Both the position numbers and the translations under genes were made by a program. From IMG/VR virus record IMGVR_UViG_3300045988_091582: a DNA stretch of 64,000 nucleotides. The stretch is one strand, 5' to 3'. Positions 11,602 through 20,635 of this stretch are shown here, in pieces (within the stretch, counting starts at the first letter, position 1; every line of letters starts with the position of its first letter). The notes beneath the pieces are model-generated. The model was not told the origin of the DNA and ran no database searches. It saw only the letters and a program-made list of their open reading frames with translations. The stretch is from a virus.

Positions 11602-11785
11602 TTAAAAAATCCACTATATGTTTAAATTCTTGTTTATATTTTTTATATTTAGAATTATCTAAATTAGAAGAAAAATCTTCTAAAGATATATCTGAAATAA
11701 TTCCAAATATTAGACAAGCATTATTAAATGTTTCATCATCTAATTTACTACAATATTCTTCAAATTCATCTACCTGTTTAGTCAT
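11576..11785 (-). CDS. hypothetical protein
   Basis: Track ORF 69 aa. Confidence 0.3.
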   Translation of the reverse strand: MTKQVDEFEEYCSKLDDETFNNACLIFGIISDISLEDFSSNLDNSKYKKYKQEFKHIVDFLNDRNITKN

Positions 11786-12181
11786 AGTTATATGAATTAC
11801 ATTATCAATAACCTATAAATTTATATTATACTAATCAGGAAGGTCTTTAATACTCTGTATTAGTTGTTCTTTATTCATTTAATATTTCTTTTTGATTACA
11901 CGAGTAATATAGTCGAGGTATGGGATATTAAAAGTTAATTTTTGTAAAAGTTAATATTCTAAGATTTTTAAATTAAAATTTTAAAATTTTTTTAGGGAAG
12001 ATTTTATATAGCCCCCTGGGGTTTAAAAAATAGGGATTTTTGTAAGTAAGTAAGGATGATGTGGGATTTTAAAAATTAATTTTTATTATGTGGGAGGGAG
12101 TAGACTGCCCCTTAGAGCCCCCCACATATTTGGAGTAAAAACCAAACAAAAAATTATTAACAATTTAAAAAGTTAAAGATT

Positions 12182-12583
12182 ATGAAAATTTCAGTCGGTA
12201 AAAATGGTCAGGTGAACCATTCAGCTATGTCTGCTTCACAGATTGAGGCAGCTCTCAACAAGAGTGCTAACATCGTATTGTCACTTGGTGACAATGTTCA
12301 GTTGGACGCTAATGAGCGTACCATACCAGCCAACATGATGACTGGTACACCAGCGCAGTCTGTTGTCGTCTTAACAGCAACAGGCATCACTATTGATGGA
12401 CTCGATGGTGAAAGAACGGTAAATATGACAAGAATTTTGTCACAGGCTTGTCCAGGTTGTAATGACTTGCAAGCATGTGCCAAGTACTTGGAGGATAAGG
12501 GTATATCTACTATCACAGTGGATATTGAAACCCTTACAAATTATGGAAACGCTAAGCGTTTCTCTAATATCCGCTTGTCCTAA
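12182..12583 (+). CDS. hypothetical protein, higher-GC gene
   Basis: Track ORF 133 aa; visibly higher GC than surroundings; GC-rich hairpins upstream and a strong terminator downstream. Confidence 0.55.
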   Translation: MKISVGKNGQVNHSAMSASQIEAALNKSANIVLSLGDNVQLDANERTIPANMMTGTPAQSVVVLTATGITIDGLDGERTVNMTRILSQACPGCNDLQACAKYLEDKGISTITVDIETLTNYGNAKRFSNIRLS

Positions 12584-12586
12584 CCA

Positions 12587-12626
12587 AAAGGGGAGAGAGT
12601 AATCTCTCTCCTTTAAAATTTTTTTA
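12587..12626 (+). terminator. rho-independent terminator
   Basis: GGGGAGAGAG-TAAT-CTCTCTCC hairpin followed by a T run. Confidence 0.65.
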
Positions 12627-13233
12627 TAAATTTCTTTGTATTTTTTTGTATGTTCAAAACTATAAAAGGAGTTTATGGAAAAAATAGACTTGTTGACTTA
12701 GAAACTTTGGAATTCTACAATGTTCAACTTCCGACACAAATTGTTGGAATTTTTATGTTGCTCATTGAGAATGATAAAGTTATTGTGGTCAAATATGCAA
12801 TTTGGAGAAAAGAATGGAGTTGGTGGGGGATAAGTTGGGAATGGATAAGGAAGATTAGTTGTTTATATGGATTGGTATGAGTTTGTGCGCGCACGAACTC
12901 CCATCCACCAACCAAACCTTTCCTCAATTTCCCAATCTCTCCCACTAAAACCAACTTATATATCACTCCAAAGATCATCCTCACATCGAACAATTTATAA
13001 GAATTTTATACAATAATATTTTTATTCTTTGTAAGATGTTTTACTAAAAATAACAAAACAAAACAAAACACAAACAAAATTAAAGGTTTTTATTCTATAA
13101 GGTTGAAATCCCTGTCTAAAGTTTACTTTAGACGAAATCCTATAACGCAAAGCATACCTCAACGTGGTTTATAGGTCTTAAAACTAAAGTGCTTAAATTA
13201 AATTAGATTATTAACTCTTTAACATTTAAAATT

Positions 13234-13380
13234 ATGAAAGTAGTTATCAAAGAGAGTACTATCAAGGAACGCAGCCTACATTACAACTTTTGCTAAACCA
13301 GTAAAAGAGTTTAGAGGTTACACTTTGAAAGTTACTGGCAAATATAACAATCGTACAGGCGAATTTGAAAAATAAATCAA
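13234..13380 (+). pseudogene. frameshifted small ORF
   Basis: MKVVIKESTIKERSLHYNFC-stop; a +1 shift continues as TTFAKPVKEFRGYTLKVTGKYNNRTGEFEK. Confidence 0.3.
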
Positions 13381-13466
13381 GCTTCCACATTTCTATCAAG
13401 ACTCCTGAACATGAGTATAAACTGTTCACTTTTACATAAATAACACATTAACAAAAAACAAAAAAA

Positions 13467-13840
13467 ATGAAAAAGATTTTATTTAAGTCAGAGGAACTTA
13501 TTATTGTAGTAGACTCTGAATCAAAAGTAGTGTACGGAAACGTTTCGAGGAATGCAGCCTTAGAGTATCTTACTCCAAAGAATGCTATTGATTTCGCACG
13601 TTTACAAATGCTGTGTATACTTATTCTCTCAAGTAAGTATGTAGTAGCTAGAGAGATTAAAGTCACTACTAAAGTAGAAGTAACTGTCGCCTTCAGTAGT
13701 TAAGACTGCTGAAGATGCACTTCGTATAGCCGATAAATTCGGTCTTAAGGCAGAAGTGCAAAGAGAGCTTGATAATGGCGCTACGCCACTAGAAGCTCTT
13801 AAAGAGTGGGACATTCTATGATTGTTTTAGTCCATCCGAG
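13467..13840 (+). pseudogene. frameshifted ORF
   Basis: Track ORF 13467..13703 ends ...VAFSS-stop; the +1 frame continues as VKTAEDALRIADKFGLKAEVQRELDNGATPLEALKEWDIL. Confidence 0.3.
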
Positions 13841-14192
13841 TCCTGAGTAAGACTTTAAACTGCTCACTTTTACTTTGTAATCTCTACTATTCTTTTAGGG
13901 ATTGTAGCATTGTTATTTACAATAGTCAGAAAATTCTAACTTACGTAATGTAGTCTGATTGATGAAAGTATGTGTTAGCATTAGACGGACCATATAATAT
14001 GTTATTGCAGGTACATCTGCGAGAGATAAAAATTAAGATTGGCGTAACCCAATCGTAAATCTCATAATTATGCAATTCAACTCTTAGTAAAAGCTACTAA
14101 TATTCCATATTCAGTAGAATTAGCTAAGATCTCATAATTAACTCAGCGTAAAATGTGTTATGCGGTATTTAAACTTGTAAACAATTTAACGA

Positions 14193-14657
14193 ATGAAGAA
14201 ATACAACATTTGGAATAAAATTTTCCATAAAGGCGAATTAAACAAGAATGTTGCAGATTACAGACTCCAACAAGGTCTTGTTAATAGTTATGAGTGTTGG
14301 CTTACTAAAATTGGTAATGCCAATACTCTATCTGAGTGTATGATACTCCATAAACGTATTTGGCGTAAAGGTTTTCGTAATGCTAATCTTGGTCCAGATA
14401 AATATGGAATGTTTAGAACTAAAGATATAAACCTTATGACAATAAATGAGGTTTATATTGGAGGAATCTATGGTCTTAATACTTTAACCATTGCACAATG
14501 GGAAGACTGTAAAGAAGAACAGTATGATTCTGAACAAACTTGTTATAGCATTATTTTGTGTGCTTATAAAAGATTGTTAAAATCTAATATTATAGCACTT
14601 GCAGATAATGCTAAGTTATTAGTAGCAGAATACCAACAAAACAATTATAAGTTATGA
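14193..14657 (+). CDS. hypothetical protein
   Basis: Track ORF 154 aa. Confidence 0.45.
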   Translation: MKKYNIWNKIFHKGELNKNVADYRLQQGLVNSYECWLTKIGNANTLSECMILHKRIWRKGFRNANLGPDKYGMFRTKDINLMTINEVYIGGIYGLNTLTIAQWEDCKEEQYDSEQTCYSIILCAYKRLLKSNIIALADNAKLLVAEYQQNNYKL

Positions 14658-14739
14658 TATTCTTACAAAATATTATTTTAATTATCCTACTTGTAGGAAT
14701 GGGTAAAATAGCATATGATGATTTTAAAGAAATGAACTC

Positions 14740-15201
14740 ATGATAAATGTAATGCAGAATGAAAAGGAATATACAATTTCTGTATCTATTCCTTTTAAGA
14801 AAGTAGCATTCTCTGAAACTCCATCAAAAAGAGATTTCAAAGAATTTGCTGAGAAAGTGTTTGAAGCTTATACTGAAGTTATAGTACAAGCTTTAAAAGA
14901 CCGAATGAAAGCTTGTGCTAGTAATCTTATTAAGCACTCGGATAGTATAAAGTATTGTGATGATAAATACATTACATATACTAGAAAGTCTGGAGGAGAA
15001 CATACATTCTCTTTTAATGCTTATGAGACTATGCGAGGACTAGTTAAAAAAGTCCAGCAGTATAAGTTGGGCGAGTTGACTAAGTCTGAACTTAAACAGA
15101 TTGCTAAAGCTCTTTATTGGGTTGAGGATAAATCAGATATTGGAAAATATACATTCCAGGATTTAATTGATGTAATCGATGAATACAGAGAATTTAAATA
15201 A
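14740..15201 (+). CDS. hypothetical protein
   Basis: Track ORF 153 aa. Confidence 0.45.
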   Translation: MINVMQNEKEYTISVSIPFKKVAFSETPSKRDFKEFAEKVFEAYTEVIVQALKDRMKACASNLIKHSDSIKYCDDKYITYTRKSGGEHTFSFNAYETMRGLVKKVQQYKLGELTKSELKQIAKALYWVEDKSDIGKYTFQDLIDVIDEYREFK

Positions 15202-15550
15202 GAAAATTGTAACAGGTTGTGAGAGTCTTGCAGGTAAGGCTCTCACAATAGATCGTGATACTAGAACTTACCACATTGGTGATAGAGTAATTCCATTTTC
15301 TTCTTGTGTTATCAAGGAAGGTAGTATTTATTACTTAGCACCTATATGTAAAGTTCTTGTTGATATGGGCTTTAGAGGTGTAACAGATTTTACCTCTAAT
15401 ACAGTTACTTGTACTAGTTTTGATAATTGTAATCGCAATATTAAAACTGTAGGACTTGTAACTATTGATGATAGAGTATTTATTAAGATTACTCTTAATT
15501 CAGAGTTCCCAATATACGAAGGTTACGAATCTTTAAGAAGTATAGTTTAA
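15179..15550 (+). CDS. hypothetical protein
   Basis: Track ORF 123 aa. Confidence 0.45.
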   Translation: MNTENLNKKIVTGCESLAGKALTIDRDTRTYHIGDRVIPFSSCVIKEGSIYYLAPICKVLVDMGFRGVTDFTSNTVTCTSFDNCNRNIKTVGLVTIDDRVFIKITLNSEFPIYEGYESLRSIV

Positions 15551-15708
15551 AAGAATGAAGATAATCTCTGCACTCTAGTACTATAGAGTATAAATAAATA
15601 GTTGGCATCTTGGAAAGAAAATTGGTTAATCATAAGACAAGACTTATGTATTTTTAAAATAAAATAGTTATCAACAATATACAGTTTAGATCATTTTCGC
15701 TAGTTCGG

Positions 15709-15723
15709 TCTGTGATAGATAGG
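15709..15723 (+). repeat. TCTGTGATAGATAGG motif, copy 1
   Basis: Exact 15-mer; four copies in the window. Confidence 0.6.
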
Positions 15724-15792
15724 GCTAGTTACTTTAGTAATCTATTATGTTCATAAGCACTATAGATTACAAAGACAAATATTAGAGTTCAG

Positions 15793-15807
15793 TCTGTGAT
15801 AGATAGG
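15793..15807 (+). repeat. TCTGTGATAGATAGG motif, copy 2
   Basis: Exact 15-mer, 84 nt after copy 1. Confidence 0.6.
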
Positions 15808-16057
15808 TAAACCTACATCCTGCATATCCAAAGTAGCAGACTCTTAAATGAGAAAGGTGATGGCACATTATTAATAATTAAATAATTTAAAAAATGGAAA
15901 CAAAAGACATTATTAAGATTACAGCATTAGTCTTTTCTAAAAAGAAAACTATTGCACAAGTAAGTAAAGAGTACAAAGCTATTCATGGTAAAGAACTCCC
16001 AATTAAAAGTGACTTAGAAACATTACAAGCACAATTATCTTTGGGAGGGATTTATCA

Positions 16058-16417
16058 ATGGTAAAAATGGATCACAATACGTTGGGAGAATTAGTAATAA
16101 TGCTTTCAGCACAAATTGATGCAGAGTACAATATTTCTAAAACTGCACATTCCAACTATGCTAATGCTTTTAGTAAGAAATATCAATATCTTAATAATAC
16201 ATTAAGAACTATTTCTGGAGAAAGTGTGAAAGGAGGAACGTTTGCAGTATATATTAGAAATCCTTTACTAGTATTATCGGGACTAATTATGGATAAGTAC
16301 AAGAAAATATTATTTACAGATATAAAAGGTAACACTTTTATTGTAAATAATGTTAAATGGCTTTACCAATATATGAGTTTTAAAAACATTAATACAGAAC
16401 CAAGAATATATGGATAA
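16058..16417 (+). CDS. hypothetical protein
   Basis: Track ORF 119 aa. Confidence 0.4.
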   Translation: MVKMDHNTLGELVIMLSAQIDAEYNISKTAHSNYANAFSKKYQYLNNTLRTISGESVKGGTFAVYIRNPLLVLSGLIMDKYKKILFTDIKGNTFIVNNVKWLYQYMSFKNINTEPRIYG

Positions 16418-16808
16418 AGGTTTAATAGGAATTGCTATACTCGCTTTTATTCTATGCGTGATTTGGACTATTGCTGGTCATAATAGAATAATAAAACAAA
16501 TAAAACTTGATCAGTTAAGAGATATAAAAAGTAATATAAACAATGCTTTAAGTCTCTGCGATTGTTTGTATATACATATTAATATGTATAGTAAAGGATT
16601 TACTAGAGGTAAATCTTTAACATCTGATGGAATACTATTTCTATTAGATAAATTATCATCTAAAACTGTACTGTTCAAAGAAGGAACTTTAGAATATATC
16701 GAAGGTCATTATGAAGCTGATTCTGAAACTTATAAAACAGCATTAGCTACATATAAATCTAGATTAATTTCTGAAGTTAATCTTGAACTAGATAAATATA
16801 ACTATTAA
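16410..16808 (+). CDS. hypothetical membrane protein
   Basis: Track ORF 132 aa; N-terminal hydrophobic helix. Confidence 0.4.
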   Translation: MDKGLIGIAILAFILCVIWTIAGHNRIIKQIKLDQLRDIKSNINNALSLCDCLYIHINMYSKGFTRGKSLTSDGILFLLDKLSSKTVLFKEGTLEYIEGHYEADSETYKTALATYKSRLISEVNLELDKYNY

Positions 16809-16819
16809 TTTTAAAAATT

Positions 16820-17215
16820 ATGGAATTATTATTTAATGTTAAACAAAAAAATGTTGTAGCTAAGATTGGTGAAGACTACTTCTTTCTTAGCAAAAAGCCA
16901 AAGAAACTAAAGTTTGCTGATGAAAAGCATAAGACTTTAGTCTTAAAGCATTTTAAATCTCTGAAACCAACTATTGAAGAACATTCAGTTATTGATGAAT
17001 CGTTAACTGTAGATGAGTGGAAAGATTTTCCAGTATGGTTAGAGAATGAATCTAATGGTGCTGAAGGAAATCTTGAGATTACTAAATTTACTTATGGCAA
17101 TATTAAACTGTATGTAAATGGTGGATGTCTTTGTGGCAATGTTCCAGAATATACTTTAAAAGGCATCATTGAATTATTCAAACAATCTAAAACGAAAGAA
17201 AATGCAGACAATTAA
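16820..17215 (+). CDS. hypothetical protein
   Basis: Track ORF 131 aa. Confidence 0.4.
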   Translation: MELLFNVKQKNVVAKIGEDYFFLSKKPKKLKFADEKHKTLVLKHFKSLKPTIEEHSVIDESLTVDEWKDFPVWLENESNGAEGNLEITKFTYGNIKLYVNGGCLCGNVPEYTLKGIIELFKQSKTKENADN

Positions 17216-17717
17216 AAAAGTAAAGTACAGCATTGAGAGAGTTGGTAATAGTACGTTTTGTACTATGTCTTGTGATTTAAAGTACATAATGGATCACTTA
17301 GAAGGAGCTAATATAAAAGTTTCGAGTGCTAATACTTCGGTATTCCTAAAAATTGCAACTTCTAAAGAAAGAAAGATTTTCATTAAAAACCTTGCTTCTT
17401 GGGGACTTACTGTTAATAATTCTACTGTAACAATCGTTTCTAAAATTACTTTAAGTAAAAATGATAAGGACGACCAAGTAGTAGCTAATCGAATTGTAAG
17501 AGATAAAGCTATGCACACTATGTGTAAAGTTATTGCAAATGCTTTAAACCAGGCTTTAGATTCTACTTATAATAGACTAGCTAAAGTAAACAATATTATT
17601 AGTAAGTTAAATCACATTGCTTATTATTCAAAATATGGCGATGATACTACAGAGTGTGCTCCTGAGAATTGTACAAATATAAAAGAAGGACCTATAGATA
17701 TGGTTGCTATACTATAA
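17169..17717 (+). CDS. hypothetical protein
   Basis: Track ORF 182 aa. Confidence 0.45.
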   Translation: MNYSNNLKRKKMQTIKKVKYSIERVGNSTFCTMSCDLKYIMDHLEGANIKVSSANTSVFLKIATSKERKIFIKNLASWGLTVNNSTVTIVSKITLSKNDKDDQVVANRIVRDKAMHTMCKVIANALNQALDSTYNRLAKVNNIISKLNHIAYYSKYGDDTTECAPENCTNIKEGPIDMVAIL

Positions 17718-17886
17718 GACTGTCTTTGTATTATATTAAAGTTTAAAATTTGTAAAATACGATGATTTAAACTATAAAATTTGAAATTAACAAATTTTTA
17801 CTTTTACAATGGATATTTGAAACTATAGTAGAGTGTTGTTGAGAAACAATGCTCTATATATTAATAACTTTATAAAAATTATAATT

Positions 17887-18096
17887 ATGAAAGTTTTAAG
17901 AAAGATATATAATGTTATTAACAATAGCATTCAGTCTCGTGTAGTCAATTCTGAAGAAGAGGCTAACAAATACATTATTTCACTCAATAGAACTTTAGAA
18001 AATAAAGTATCTCTTGAGACAGTAAATAATAAACAGATAGAAGCCATTAAAATTAATGGTAAATGGTGTATATCTGAAACTGAAATAATAGAGTAA
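17887..18096 (+). CDS. hypothetical protein
   Basis: Track ORF 17833..18096; internal ATG at 17887 (MKVLRKIYN) is the more likely start. Confidence 0.35.
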   Translation: MKVLRKIYNVINNSIQSRVVNSEEEANKYIISLNRTLENKVSLETVNNKQIEAIKINGKWCISETEIIE

Positions 18097-18114
18097 TTCT
18101 GTAAAGTTCATATA

Positions 18115-18150
18115 TATTGTTGGCAACTAGCAGACAATTAGTTGCATTTG
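18115..18150 (+). promoter_or_regulatory. conserved hairpin element abutting tRNA-Arg
   Basis: ATATTGTTGGCAACTAGCAGACAATTAGTTGCATTTGG with GCAACTA/TAGTTGC stem; near-identical copy at 20636-20674 abuts tRNA-Leu. Confidence 0.45.
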
Positions 18151-18224
18151 GTCCTATAACTCAACTGGATTAGAGTACGAATCTTCTAAATTCGATGTTA
18201 TGCGTTCGAGCCGCATTAGGACCA
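18150..18224 (+). tRNA. tRNA-Arg(TCT)
   Basis: GGTCCTA/TAGGACC acceptor; anticodon arm CGAAT-CTTCTAA-ATTCG; T arm ATGCG-TTCGAGC-CGCAT. Confidence 0.75.
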
Positions 18225-18228
18225 CACA

Positions 18229-18301
18229 TGCGGAGGCTAGAGCACCTCGCTTTCCACAATTCATAGAGAGGTTATATTGGTTCGAATCCTTTACTCCGTA
18301 C
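18229..18301 (+). tRNA. tRNA-like sequence, structure unresolved (possible pseudo-tRNA)
   Basis: GGTTCGAATCC T-loop and a TGCGGAG/CTCCGTA acceptor-like pairing, but D, anticodon and T stems do not fold canonically. Confidence 0.2.
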
Positions 18302-18324
18302 TAATATTAAAAAGATTAAGTAAT

Positions 18325-18675
18325 ATGAAAAAGATTATTTTATTAATGAGTTTTATTGTATTAACTACAATAGCTCATGCGTTTAATTATGGTTCTATCA
18401 CTATTTATCAAGATGGTGAATGGAGTGCCCCATTTTACATTAAAACCTCAGTAGTTTATAATGAATCTAGAAAAACTATTACTTTTAGTAACAATAAATG
18501 GGGTAAGATGGTATTAAAAATATATTCTTCTGAAATGAAGGATGGAGTAGAAATCCATAACTGTGGAGAGGTTAATACAGGAAGACGTTATGTTGTCTTT
18601 ATTACAGTAAGAAATAACATTCCTTATATAACTCTTAGCACTTCCGCAGATACCATGTATTCATTTGGCTTTTAA
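18325..18675 (+). CDS. small secreted protein
   Basis: Track ORF 18277..18675; likely start MKKIILLMSFIVLTTIAHA (signal peptide) at 18325. Confidence 0.5.
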   Translation: MKKIILLMSFIVLTTIAHAFNYGSITIYQDGEWSAPFYIKTSVVYNESRKTITFSNNKWGKMVLKIYSSEMKDGVEIHNCGEVNTGRRYVVFITVRNNIPYITLSTSADTMYSFGF

Positions 18676-18729
18676 GTTTCCATAATAATGTGTTAACGTT
18701 TTACTAGTTTTCGATATAAACTAGTACTT

Positions 18730-18813
18730 ACGGTAGTAGCTCAGTGGCTAGAGCATCTCTTTTTATAATAGGTCATTTCGAGAAGGTCATTGGTTCGAAT
18801 CCTTTCTACCGTA
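18730..18813 (+). tRNA. tRNA-like gene with expanded anticodon loop
   Basis: Perfect ACGGTAG/CTACCGT acceptor and D arm GCTC-AGTGGCTA-GAGC; anticodon stem TCTC/GAGA encloses a ~20-nt loop; T stem carries two T-T mismatches. Confidence 0.35.
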
Positions 18814-18914
18814 CAAATTTAATTAATATATTGTTAATGTGTATAAATCCTAACTAATAAATCTATTAGTATAGGTAGGTGTTACCACTATTCTCCTTAC
18901 AGAAATGTGGGCTA

Positions 18915-18995
18915 TGCAAGGGTGCTTGAATGGTTAAAAGAAACTCCCCGATTTCTAAAGATGGGATATAATGTTGGTCCGAATCCAACCCCTTG
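18915..18995 (+). tRNA. tRNA-like gene, anticodon arm non-canonical
   Basis: GCAAGGG/CCCTTGC acceptor and T arm GTTGG-TCCGAAT-CCAAC; middle region does not give a 5-bp stem with 7-nt loop. Confidence 0.35.
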
Positions 18996-19169
18996 CACAA
19001 AATAAGATTATAAATTAGCTCTCTAAGCTTTAAGGTGAAGCACGAACCTTTTAAGTTCGGGAAGACAGGTCAGTACTGTCAGGGAGCACTATTAATTTTT
19101 AAGTTATTAAAAGTATTATTCATTTTAAAGTTGTTAAAAGTATTCATTTGTAATACACTAGATTCTCGA

Positions 19170-19184
19170 TCTGTGATAGATAGG
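19170..19184 (+). repeat. TCTGTGATAGATAGG motif, copy 3 (abuts tRNA)
   Basis: Exact 15-mer; its last two G are positions 1-2 of the tRNA-like gene at 19183. Confidence 0.6.
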
Positions 19185-19277
19185 CACTATCGTCTAGCTG
19201 GTTAAGACGCTACTTATTTAAAAGATATTATATTAAACTAAGTGGAAAGGCGATTTCGAGCATCGCTAGTGCTACCA
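19183..19277 (+). tRNA. tRNA-like gene with encoded CCA and 22-nt anticodon loop
   Basis: GGCACTA/TAGTGCT acceptor + A + CCA; D arm GTCT..AGAC; T arm GCGAT-TTCGAGC-ATCGC; anticodon stem CTACTTA/TAAGTGG encloses TTTAAAAGATATTATATTAAAC. Confidence 0.4.
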
Positions 19278-19365
19278 TTTCATTTTTTTATAAAACTAAT
19301 ACGATTAATGTTTGAAATATAAAGTTAGTGGACTTTATAACGTTAAAGAGTTGTTAGGCTTCTGG

Positions 19366-19379
19366 TCTGTGAAGATAGG
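19366..19379 (+). repeat. TCTGTGAAGATAGG motif variant, copy 4 (upstream of tRNA)
   Basis: One indel relative to the 15-mer; 9 nt upstream of the tRNA-Ser-like gene. Confidence 0.5.
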
Positions 19380-19388
19380 AAGCTTTAT

Positions 19389-19466
19389 GGAGAAATGACT
19401 GAGTGGCACCCTGCTAAGGTGTTAGTCATATTATGTGGCTCGAAGGTTCGAATCCTTCTTTCTCCG
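19389..19466 (+). tRNA. tRNA-Ser(GCT)-like, short D region
   Basis: GGAGAAA/TTTCTCC acceptor; anticodon arm CACC-CTGCTAA-GGTG (GCU); long variable arm; T arm GAAGG-TTCGAAT-CCTTC; only ~9 nt where the D arm should be. Confidence 0.45.
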
Positions 19467-19481
19467 CTTTATTAGATATCT

Positions 19482-19553
19482 GGGATATTGGTGTAACGAC
19501 AGCCACGTTGGGATTTGACCCCAAAAGAAGAGGTTTGACTCCTCTATATCCTT
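19482..19553 (+). tRNA. tRNA-Gln(TTG)
   Basis: GGGATAT/ATATCCT acceptor; anticodon arm TTGGG-ATTTGAC-CCCAA; T arm AGAGG-TTTGACT-CCTCT. Confidence 0.65.
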
Positions 19554-19575
19554 CTAATTTTAACAGGTGACTTAC

Positions 19576-19660
19576 GGTGTGGGAACCGTCATCTACGAGG
19601 GGTTAGATTGGTGAATAGCTCGTACGGGAATAAGCCTAAGGAGTTCGAATCTCTACACCT
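19576..19660 (+). tRNA. tRNA-like gene, fold unresolved
   Basis: GGTGTGG/CTACACC acceptor pairing (7/7) and GAGTTCGAATCTC T-loop; internal TACGAG/CTCGTA stem encloses a ~19-nt loop. Confidence 0.3.
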
Positions 19661-19849
19661 GACAATTTAATAGGTACTAAACAACTCTCAGTGATTCTAT
19701 TAAATAGCGTAATTACCTTAAAATTAATCATTTGGGTTAAAAAGAGAAAGAACGTTAGATAGCTGAGGACAATGGAATAGTTTAAATATAACCAGTGAAA
19801 ATTGCCTATTATTTAAATAGATTATTAACACATTAATTATAGATAAATT

Positions 19850-20239
19850 ATGACAAGACAAGATTATTTTATTAGTAAAACCAATTTAATAGCACAAATA
19901 GAAAGTGCTAAGAAATTTGGTTGTAAAAATGTACTCAAGTGTGCAAAATTAAACTTAGCTGAACTTGAAAAGAAGTATAAAGAAGAACATCTTTCTAATC
20001 CTCTGTTCAGTTACATGGTAACTGAGGAAGAAATGGATGAGCTTATTAGAAATGATGAAAAGCCTACATTTAAAATCAAAGTAACTTTTAAAAGTGGAGA
20101 AGCTTATGATTTAATGTTTTACCATGAACTTAAAAGTGGAGTTAAACATTCTGATGTTGTGAAATGGGCGATGAAAGGATTAATTAAAACTATTTATCAT
20201 CCTGAAAATATTGTAGATGCTCGTTTTATTATGGGTTAA
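19850..20239 (+). CDS. hypothetical protein
   Basis: Track ORF 129 aa. Confidence 0.45.
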   Translation: MTRQDYFISKTNLIAQIESAKKFGCKNVLKCAKLNLAELEKKYKEEHLSNPLFSYMVTEEEMDELIRNDEKPTFKIKVTFKSGEAYDLMFYHELKSGVKHSDVVKWAMKGLIKTIYHPENIVDARFIMG

Positions 20240-20244
20240 AAGAT

Positions 20245-20604
20245 ATGGAAATAAAAACAATACAAATTGACTCCGATACATTTTTAGTGTTTAAAGGACG
20301 AGAGTACAGACAGATAAACATAAATAACATTGTATGTATAAAAACATCTGGTAAATATAGTACTATAATAGATGTTCATGGCAATGGTATTATTGTATGT
20401 TGTTCATTAAAAAATATTTCACGTGTTTTATGTATTGATTTTATTCTTGCAACACAAGGATTTTTAATAAATCATAAATACATATCTGAAATAACTAGAA
20501 AGAATGATGAAAATAATACATATATCTTAAAGTTAAATGATGATGTCCATACAACTGTGGATATTTCATTACATGTAGCTACAAATATGTTAAAACAACT
20601 GTAA
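20245..20604 (+). CDS. hypothetical protein
   Basis: Track ORF 119 aa. Confidence 0.45.
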   Translation: MEIKTIQIDSDTFLVFKGREYRQININNIVCIKTSGKYSTIIDVHGNGIIVCCSLKNISRVLCIDFILATQGFLINHKYISEITRKNDENNTYILKLNDDVHTTVDISLHVATNMLKQL

Positions 20605-20635
20605 TACCATAATAGTTTTTAAAGTTTATAAATAA

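Noticed and set aside
11589-11795. Plus-strand ORF 11589..11795
   Set aside because: Antisense to two minus-strand small genes in a minus-strand transcription unit.
12298-12516. Antisense track ORF inside the high-GC gene
   Set aside because: Entirely antisense to a better-supported gene and typical of GC-richer sequence.
18730-19660. Eukaryote/archaeal-type short tRNA introns (37/38 position) in the members with enlarged anticodon loops
   Set aside because: Position-33 and position-37 rules are not consistently met, and the gene content is bacterial-phage-like. I left these as unresolved tRNA-like genes.
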